Of a stretch of DNA of 64,000 nt, positions 57,019 through 64,000 are shown piece by piece (the stretch's first letter is position 1; each line of letters begins with the position of its first letter). The stretch is from the NCBI GenBank assembly GCA_048882485.1, contig JBHLRP010000005.1, positions 34,601 through 98,600 on the forward strand, written 5' to 3'. The notes under the pieces are model-generated. The model saw only the letters and a program-made list of their open reading frames with translations. It searched no databases and had not been told where the DNA came from. The translations under genes were made by a program, and so were the position numbers. This stretch comes from Candidatus Thorarchaeota archaeon (GTDB lineage: Archaea > Asgardarchaeota > Thorarchaeia > Thorarchaeales > Thorarchaeaceae).

Positions 57019-58332
57019 TTGAAGATTCTCAACTACTCGAGGCTCAGAGCAAAGGAATTCACTGGGCTGTCCACGTTCCAATTCCTCGCCTTCTTCAGAA
57101 GGTCCATAGTGTATACTTTCTTGTCTATCTATCTGAGGTCCCTGGGTCTCTCGACAACGGAAGTCACATTGATGGCGACTGTGGGAATGATCGGCAATAC
57201 TCTGGCACAGTCATTGCTCTGGGGCAATCTGCTAGACAAGTACCGAAGACCCACCGAGTTCGTTGTCATGGGAGAATTCTTTGCTGGAGTCGCTCACATC
57301 TTCATGGTCCTTGGGTATATGTTCTTTCTCGGATTGAATCAGTTGATTATCGCTGGTTATGTTATAATCTTCAGTCTAGGTGGAATTGAAGTCTTCTGGA
57401 GTATGTCAAACGTCGGATGGTCAGCGCTGATATCCGAATTGACTGAGGATGACGAGAGAAAGCAGCTGATGGGCCAATTCTCAATAATCGGAGGATTTGG
57501 AGGAATTGGTGGTGCCATTCTTGGAGGCCTTCTCTATGACAATGGCGTAGGGTTTGTCAGCGGAATCATCTTCATTATTGCTGCTGTTGTCATGATATTC
57601 TCGAGTTTCATTGTCTACTTCTCAGTCAGATTGGGAAGGGATGATGAGTCACAGGAATCTAATGATGAAGCCTCAGAGAGCTTTTCACTGAGTGATCTTC
57701 CTTCACAACTCCGCATGGGATACCTCATCTTCATAGTTGCCTTGGTATTCATCAATTTTGGAAGGAACTCGATTGCAATCATAACAGCCCTATTTGTCCA
57801 GGACGCAACAGGCTTCAACGCGAGTGGAATAGAAATTGCACTCTACAGCAATGTCAGAAGTATTGCATCTATGATTGCTGGATTGCTGATTGGATCTGTC
57901 GTTGCCAAAGCTGATGATAACAGAGTAATGGTTCTGGGAACAGCGTTTTCCATTGCCGGCATTTCGTGGTTAGTAGTCGCCCCGACCTTTGCCCTGGCTT
58001 TATTGGCATCATTCCTCAGGGGGGCATCGGAGGTCATCATCAACGCTTCAAGCTATTCCATCGTAGCCAGAATGGCGCCTAAAGAGTACCGTGGTAGGCT
58101 GTTTGCATATTATAATGCGACATTCTTCCTTAGTTGGGGAATCGCTGCCACCTTCATCGCCGGACCAATAGCCGACATTCTGATTAGCCAAGGTCTGAGC
58201 AATGCAGACGCATACCGAGGAAGCTTCATAGCAGCAATTGCTTTGATTGCCATAGGAATCATCATCCTTCTTGTTTCATTTAGGTATAACCAAAGGAAGG
58301 GACTCATCGCGCAGAATCAGGATGTTGAATAG
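57019..58332 (+). CDS. MFS transporter
   Basis: About 12 TM helices; WGNLLDKYRR, PKEYRGR. Confidence 0.88.
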   Translation: MKILNYSRLRAKEFTGLSTFQFLAFFRRSIVYTFLSIYLRSLGLSTTEVTLMATVGMIGNTLAQSLLWGNLLDKYRRPTEFVVMGEFFAGVAHIFMVLGYMFFLGLNQLIIAGYVIIFSLGGIEVFWSMSNVGWSALISELTEDDERKQLMGQFSIIGGFGGIGGAILGGLLYDNGVGFVSGIIFIIAAVVMIFSSFIVYFSVRLGRDDESQESNDEASESFSLSDLPSQLRMGYLIFIVALVFINFGRNSIAIITALFVQDATGFNASGIEIALYSNVRSIASMIAGLLIGSVVAKADDNRVMVLGTAFSIAGISWLVVAPTFALALLASFLRGASEVIINASSYSIVARMAPKEYRGRLFAYYNATFFLSWGIAATFIAGPIADILISQGLSNADAYRGSFIAAIALIAIGIIILLVSFRYNQRKGLIAQNQDVE

Positions 58333-59012
58333 TAGTGATTATAGATTTTTAATGGGGATCCTCCCAAGGCATACCAAACACGACAAAGCATAAATTCTGC
58401 AATAATGGGAATTACTCCTCGTTTTCGAAATTCCTCAGCACTAGTTTCAACTCTTTTCTCAAGTAGGACTACTCGACCAAATTTCCTCATGCATTTTGCC
58501 AATCGCAAATCCTCGAAAAGGGGGACTTCAAGCACTTCCATACAGCTTTTCAGTACATCAGTACGAATAAACATTGCATGGTCGCCATAAAACTCACCTG
58601 AGATTCGAAACCACTGATTCAGCATCCATAATCCAAGGTCATAGTATGGTCTATGGGTGTCGTAGGCCACGGCGAACCCCCCACCGACAACTTCAGGGTC
58701 CTCCATAGCGGCTATGATTGCGCGGTCCCATCCCTCAAGAGGAACCGTATCAGAATGCAGCAGCAGGGTTATTGCACCAGTGATATTAGTCATTCCTTGA
58801 AGAAAAGCAAAGCCGCGGCCTCTTCGCCGGGCAACGACCACCATTTCATTGGCTCTCTGGGATTTAATCTGTTGAATAAGGATTGGGTTGTTTAGTACCA
58901 TGATTAGTTGTGTCGGTGCGTCCGCCAGGGATAATGCCCTCCTTATTTCTGGAATTCTATGATTTGATGTATGTATAGGAGTAATCACAGATATCAGAGG
59001 GGATCCTACCAT
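58317..59012 (-). CDS. GT2 glycosyltransferase, TIGR04283-like (arsenosugar/rSAM-associated)
   Basis: ISVITP, RGRG, LLHSDT, GGGF, YGDHAMFIR, PLFEDL, VETSA. Confidence 0.75.
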   Translation of the reverse strand: MVGSPLISVITPIHTSNHRIPEIRRALSLADAPTQLIMVLNNPILIQQIKSQRANEMVVVARRRGRGFAFLQGMTNITGAITLLLHSDTVPLEGWDRAIIAAMEDPEVVGGGFAVAYDTHRPYYDLGLWMLNQWFRISGEFYGDHAMFIRTDVLKSCMEVLEVPLFEDLRLAKCMRKFGRVVLLEKRVETSAEEFRKRGVIPIIAEFMLCRVWYALGGSPLKIYNHYYSTS

Positions 59013-59126
59013 GACGCGCACCGTTAGGATATTCGAAGGTGTTCAGGAATCAAGAATCGATACACATATCACTATCCATGGAAAGGGACTGCGTATTTCC
59101 ATCAGAGAGTTGGAGTGGATAACTCA

Positions 59127-59882
59127 TTGGTTTCTGAAACTGTGCCCGACACCGACGACTTTCGACCCAATAAGTATCAAATCGGTCCTGGAATAGGGCT
59201 TTTGCTAATGGGTATTTTGTACTAAGTTTTTTGGCTTTCACCATTGACCTATGAGTCATTCGTCACAGATCCTCGCTGGTCCCACAACTGGGTCTATTCA
59301 CTAATAATCATAACAATTGGGGCGTCGTTTTATCAAAAGACTGTGACAAGTAGATTAATTGCAATTCTTCAGCGATTGCTTATGCCAATCACCGCGAGTG
59401 GTGCGTTCAATACAACCTTTATGGCCATAGTTGCTTTGCTACTACTCTCACTATGGATTATTGTTACACTGATTGAACGTTCAAATAATGTCCCACTTAT
59501 TGACCACCAGTTCTCACAGCGCACTCGGAATTGGCGAGTCATACATTCGTTGATAGTCTGTTGGATTCTGATGGCACATATGGGACTAGTATTCTTCATA
59601 GGTCGACTACCATTTGAGGCTCAACTTGACACCATTGGAACAGGTCTGGGACAAAGCTTGGGCTTCTTACTTAATCTTCCAATTGAGCGATATGATCTCA
59701 TCTCTTATGTCTTTGATATCGACCTGACAGTTCTTGCGATCCTATTTGGATACGAGCAATTCAAAGGGGGATATAATCCAAGGAACAAGCCATGGCCACG
59801 AATCAGTTTCTGGTTTCTCTGAATCACCGTTATACTCAGTCTAGCATTGCTTCCTATAAACCTCGAAGGCATAGTCCCCTGA
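59127..59882 (+). pseudogene. Membrane protein interrupted by two in-frame stops (TAA 59223-59225 and TGA 59820-59822)
   Basis: Same frame reads MVSE...GLLLMGILY*VFWLSPLTYES...SFWFL*ITVILSLALLPINLEGIVP*; both stops fall inside TM segments. Confidence 0.7.
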
Positions 59883-59904
59883 AATTCTCATATCTTGCCA
59901 TCAA

Positions 59905-60609
59905 CTAGGAGAACAAGATTTCCAGCAGCATTTGGTCCATCCGAAGATATCTCAGAGAGTGCAGTGTGGCTCCCGCTCGCGATTTATGTAGCATATAGAA
60001 TTCCTGAAGATTGCTTTTGGTGTCTATATCCTGCCATTCAGGTAGCACACACACTTCATTGGTTTCTGCTTCTATCCGTGTCAAGGTCTCTTGAAATACT
60101 GCATCTGTACTCCAAGATATGTTTCTAAAGGAGTCGGGAATGAAAGAATCCTTGGAGAACCCAATCAAGTAATACCCTCCATCAGTCGCTGGTCCAATTA
60201 CAGCCTTGTGCGTCTTGAGATTAGACACAGCTTTTTGCAGAATCTCAGCAGGTAGATCTGGGCAATCACTTGCGAGAGCAATCACCTGATTATACTTCTG
60301 GTTAAACATGGCAATGAAGCCATTATGGAGCCGTTCTCCAAGATTCGCACCCTTTTGTGGAAAATACCTAAGCGAAGGACCAAGCCACTGTGCAAGCTTC
60401 ACATGTGATTCAGGAGGATGCACTGCAATATGAAACGGAACGTCGAGATCTTGCACCGTTGCAAGCGTGTCCAGAATGAACGCTCGATATAGGCCAGTTG
60501 CGGCTGTTTCTCCTAAAGACTTTGCCAATCGTACTTTAACCTTGCCTGCCTGAGGATGCTTCACCATAATGAATATCCCTGGACGAAATGTGTTCACAAC
60601 GTTCCCCAT
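59905..60609 (-). CDS. TIGR04282-like (DUF2064) nucleotidyl/glycosyltransferase
   Basis: KHPQAGKVKVRL, QKGANLGERL, SDCPDL, IGPATDGGYYLIG, ISWST, DIDT. Confidence 0.88.
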   Translation of the reverse strand: MGNVVNTFRPGIFIMVKHPQAGKVKVRLAKSLGETAATGLYRAFILDTLATVQDLDVPFHIAVHPPESHVKLAQWLGPSLRYFPQKGANLGERLHNGFIAMFNQKYNQVIALASDCPDLPAEILQKAVSNLKTHKAVIGPATDGGYYLIGFSKDSFIPDSFRNISWSTDAVFQETLTRIEAETNEVCVLPEWQDIDTKSNLQEFYMLHKSRAGATLHSLRYLRMDQMLLEILFS

Positions 60610-60635
60610 ATCCACATCCTTTCCTGTTTTGATTG

Positions 60636-61595
60636 TTACTCAATGGCGCCATCACAAGATGAACCATATCCTGCGGTGCAGCCATAGCAATGAGGTCCGG
60701 TAACAATCTCACGAGTTAGGTGAGAAATAGGATCAAATTGGCCGACATGTTGTGGCGTTTTGGCAACAGGGACTTTGAGCGCGAAATTGAAATCGCAATC
60801 GTAGGTCCGTCCATCCCATCCAATACAAACTTGATGCCTGCACATCAGTCTATCTAATGTAGCTGGATTGAAGGAATCTTCAAGTAGCTGCTGGTACTGA
60901 GAGGCTTGATTCTCTATTTCCAACATCTGTTTGAACCTTCCAATCGGCATGTTCGTGATAGTGAGCAGACGGTTGAAACTGATGTTATATTCTGTCGACA
61001 GTACTTCTTTATAGGTGCCCTCAAGCTCGGATTGCTCTGGAGGTAGAAATGGACCTTCCGGATTGAAGACCAGGTTCATAATTAGCCCTTGATCTATACC
61101 ATAGCCCAGTCCATTTAATTCTCTTAGGACTTGAATGCTCTTCCTGAATACACCCCTACCACGTACATTGTCCACATCTTGCTCCAAATAGCATGGCAAG
61201 GATGCAGCTAATCGAATCTGAAGGTTTCTGTACATCTTCATGTATCTTTTCAGGGCAGGATGCAATAATACCGTTAGGTTGGTTCGCACTTGGACATTAT
61301 AATCCCTCTCAACCAAAGCTTGCAGAAATCGTGGCAAAAAGGAGTTTAGCTCAGGAGCCCCGCCTGTGATATCGACAAGCTCTGGATGAATTTCCTCAGC
61401 GACTATGAGTGCTTCTTCCATTGTCTTCCAGCTCATGATGTCATTGCTCCAAGGGGTGGCTTGTACGTGGCAATGATTGCAGAGATGATTGCACCGATTT
61501 CCCACGTTCACCTGTAGTGTTTCATGAGTCAAGCCGGTTAGTTTGAACCCTGTTTCATTTAGAGTCCGTTGACTGAATTTCATCATCTGCGGCAT
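60636..61595 (-). CDS. arsS: ArsS-like radical SAM / Cys-rich protein (TIGR04167)
   Basis: TLQVNVG.RCNHLCNHCHV, DITGGAPELN, ASLPCY, ITNMPIGRF, LMCR, YDCDFN, HCYGCTAG.GSSC. Confidence 0.9.
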   Translation of the reverse strand: MPQMMKFSQRTLNETGFKLTGLTHETLQVNVGNRCNHLCNHCHVQATPWSNDIMSWKTMEEALIVAEEIHPELVDITGGAPELNSFLPRFLQALVERDYNVQVRTNLTVLLHPALKRYMKMYRNLQIRLAASLPCYLEQDVDNVRGRGVFRKSIQVLRELNGLGYGIDQGLIMNLVFNPEGPFLPPEQSELEGTYKEVLSTEYNISFNRLLTITNMPIGRFKQMLEIENQASQYQQLLEDSFNPATLDRLMCRHQVCIGWDGRTYDCDFNFALKVPVAKTPQHVGQFDPISHLTREIVTGPHCYGCTAGYGSSCDGAIE

Positions 61596-61883
61596 CCTGA
61601 ATAGACTGTTGTGCTAACCTGGATTTCGCTCATATAGATGTAGAGATTCAGGATGGAATTCATCGGTGAAGATTTTCATTTAGTCCGAGCTAAACTCCAA
61701 TCTCAGACTTCTACCCTTCCTAGAAGAGTTAGAGCTTTAGTGACTTGGCTTTCCAAATGGAATCTATCTGAAGTTCCGCCTCTTGAGCCTAATACGGCCT
61801 CTCTATACGAAGCTCTATAAGCTACCTCCGGCTAATTAGCAATTCGTTTGATTCGCTGGAGACACTAGAGGGAGTGCTTTCAG

Positions 61884-63383
61884 ATGAAGCCACTTGGTAC
61901 GATCACAAAGTACTATCCGTTCATTGATGAGGAGTCCAAGTCCACTTTGAATTCCCTCTTGGAGAAATCAAGTAGCTACTTTGATTTTGTTCAGCGTTTG
62001 TGTGAATCAGTTATAGCTAATGAAGCTCCTGTCAATCTGGCCTATATCGCGGCTGTACAGGCATGGTGGTGTAGATTGGATAAGGCTATGGTGGGCATAC
62101 GTGAGAAATACAATGATTCGCGTCGCATAAAGTCGTGGGGATTTGCTCACGCTTCTTTTGAGATTGATCAAGCCCGCTATCATGATTCTGTTGTTGAAGC
62201 CATTGAGCAAATGATGAGTAACTCTCCCGAAGATTGGATTCTGACAGAACTTCACCTTCTTCATGCGCATTATCACTGGCCCATGTTCGGTGACATTCCA
62301 AGTCTTCTGGAACCTGTCGAAAAGGGGAGGAAATTGATAGCTGCAAACCCTCTTCTGGAATGCTTTGAAGCTCAAGCCTGTTTCTATGAAGGATGGGCGA
62401 AGAGAGTCGAGGGTGACATAAAGGAAGCAATTGCAATCTATCAAAAGGGGATTGAGCTCGCTCAGGCGTACGACGAATTTCTACACCTGTACCTGAACCT
62501 GGGCGGTAAAGGGGACGCTCAGAAGAATGTCAATATTCAGGATGCACTAGCATCCTTTGATGCGTCCTATGTAGTAGCTCAGGACCTAGGAGTGCCCTAT
62601 CTAGAGGCTGAAGTCTTGCATGACACAGCCCTAGTGTTTGAGACCGCAGGGGAGTACGACCTGGCAATCTCAAGTCTTCTCGAAGCCTGGAAAACATATG
62701 GATTGGATAATGGCACTTCTTTTCCTTTATTGCAGCTATCAAGAGTCTATGCTAGATTAGGGGATGGTCAACAAGCTCTTGAAACTGTGCAATCCTATAT
62801 GGACTCTATAGGACACCAAGAAACTATTGGTGGTTATCTTGTGAGAGCCCTAGCTCTGGCACAGCTAGATAGAGTGGCAGAGGCGGAAAGTGACCTGATC
62901 AAAGTATATCCCCTCGTTATGCAGAGGGGCTTGGATCGCATTCTGGGCAGGTATTATCTCGCATCTGGACTTGTTGAGCAAGCAAGGGGTGATTACCTAG
63001 CTGCTTCAGATTTCCTTGAGAAAGGTCTAGAAATCTTCGAGCAAGTTGGCGACGTTCATGGAGAGAAGAGTCGTGCTCTCCTGGGATTAGCCAGAGCGGA
63101 GATAGTGCTCGTCAAGAAAGCAACGAATGGTGAGAAGAGTATTACTCCAGGCACATGGCTCTGCAGGGCTGAGAAACATGCAGTAGATCGGAACCTCCCC
63201 GGCATTAGAATGGAGGTTGCCTTCCTCATGTCGGAATTCTATCAAAGCCACGGGCAAATCAAAGACGCTATCGGGACTCTTGAGGGTGCGCTTGATATCA
63301 CAGACTCATTGGGAGTAAGAACTCTAAGGACAAGGATTTCTGAAAGAATTGCCGAGCTGAGGAGTCTACCAAAGGAAATATGA
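61884..63383 (+). CDS. Tetratricopeptide repeat protein
   Basis: MKPLGTITKYYPF N-terminus; repeated TPR-like helices (A...Y.KG.ELA, G.YD.A, GDY.AA..FLEKGLEI). Confidence 0.75.
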   Translation: MKPLGTITKYYPFIDEESKSTLNSLLEKSSSYFDFVQRLCESVIANEAPVNLAYIAAVQAWWCRLDKAMVGIREKYNDSRRIKSWGFAHASFEIDQARYHDSVVEAIEQMMSNSPEDWILTELHLLHAHYHWPMFGDIPSLLEPVEKGRKLIAANPLLECFEAQACFYEGWAKRVEGDIKEAIAIYQKGIELAQAYDEFLHLYLNLGGKGDAQKNVNIQDALASFDASYVVAQDLGVPYLEAEVLHDTALVFETAGEYDLAISSLLEAWKTYGLDNGTSFPLLQLSRVYARLGDGQQALETVQSYMDSIGHQETIGGYLVRALALAQLDRVAEAESDLIKVYPLVMQRGLDRILGRYYLASGLVEQARGDYLAASDFLEKGLEIFEQVGDVHGEKSRALLGLARAEIVLVKKATNGEKSITPGTWLCRAEKHAVDRNLPGIRMEVAFLMSEFYQSHGQIKDAIGTLEGALDITDSLGVRTLRTRISERIAELRSLPKEI

Positions 63384-63457
63384 GGAATATTGATACATGC
63401 AATATTTATTATTATAAGATAATAGCATATACTAGTATCATCTTTGGAGGCTTTGCC

Positions 63458-63619
63458 ATGTCGAATTCTCAAGTCTGCAAATTCAGATTCAAGAATGGAT
63501 CAAAATCTCTCCGCTTGAATATTCGGTACTATCCGGTGGATTCAAAGGGGCCAGAAGAGATATTGGCCAATTTCGTCGGCATTCTTAGATACGCACTAGG
63601 TGTGTCTTTGAGTGATTGA
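63458..63619 (+). CDS. Small hypothetical protein
   Basis: GGAGG upstream of an ATG (MSNSQV...). Confidence 0.3.
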   Translation: MSNSQVCKFRFKNGSKSLRLNIRYYPVDSKGPEEILANFVGILRYALGVSLSD

Positions 63620-63738
63620 GTAGACCTTGATTCCAATTCTCTGTCCGCTGCTGCCATTAACCTCGCTTTACATTTTCATCTTATCGACCAGATTTATTAT
63701 GGTGCAATGTTGCTTCTCGATTCTAGGGAATATCCGAG

Positions 63739-64000
63739 ATGGAACGCAAAGAAGAGGAGATGAATGGGATTCTCGTAGCTTTCGATGAGCGTTTGCCACT
63801 AAGGTCGAGATTTGCCTTTGGGCTATCTCAAGCTTCCATAAACATTCTTCAAGTCATTGCGTTAGGGTCAGCAATCACGTTCTTTTACAATGTTAAGCTA
63901 GGACTGAGCGAAGAATTGGTCTCGCTTGCTTGGCTCCTATTTGCGGCATGGAACGCTGTTAATGATCCACTTTTCGGGATTCTTCAAGAGAGGATCGATA
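63739..64000 (+). CDS. GPH family (MFS_2) sugar/cation symporter, partial
   Basis: Manual translation: MERKEE...RFAFGLSQ...TFFYNVKLGL...AWNAVNDPLFG; runs off the window end. Confidence 0.8.
   Translation, partial: MERKEEEMNGILVAFDERLPLRSRFAFGLSQASINILQVIALGSAITFFYNVKLGLSEELVSLAWLLFAAWNAVNDPLFGILQERID

Noticed and set aside
59820-59822. In-frame TGA as selenocysteine
   Set aside because: It lies in a TM segment (WFL*ITV) where Trp (TGG) is more plausible, the same gene also has a TAA, and no SECIS was recognised
742-63472. Numerous short antisense or overlapping ORFs in the track (for example 36716..37261 and 55168..55797)
   Set aside because: They are shadows of well-supported genes on the other strand or in another frame and carry no motifs

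Overview
This is a gene-dense archaeal window, most likely from an Asgard archaeon and probably Thorarchaeia-like. That assignment is an inference from two tandem Rab-like small GTPases, TATA-box promoters, frequent TTG starts and many surface proteins with C-terminal membrane anchors. I found no rRNA, tRNA, CRISPR array or intact mobile element. The window holds about 58 CDS of accessory metabolism, DNA repair and detoxification (YcaQ/AlkZ, ExoIII, a degenerate Fpg/Nei, two GyrI-like proteins), one-component regulators with visible operators, and secreted proteins. The most striking element is a 1210-aa in-frame fusion of a complete tungsten-type aldehyde:ferredoxin oxidoreductase (AOR) to a complete long-chain acyl-CoA synthetase. 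It is transcribed divergently from MoaD and two SCP2 lipid-carrier genes, which suggests a channelled fatty aldehyde to acid to acyl-CoA system. Other notable items are an ArsS plus TIGR04282/TIGR04283 arsenosugar-type cluster, an orphan N-terminally extended EutA, a candidate AbrB-controlled structured small RNA, a GC-rich amidohydrolase sitting at a broken ycaQ duplicate, and two pseudogenes with in-frame stops. All family calls come from motif recognition by eye; no database searches were run.
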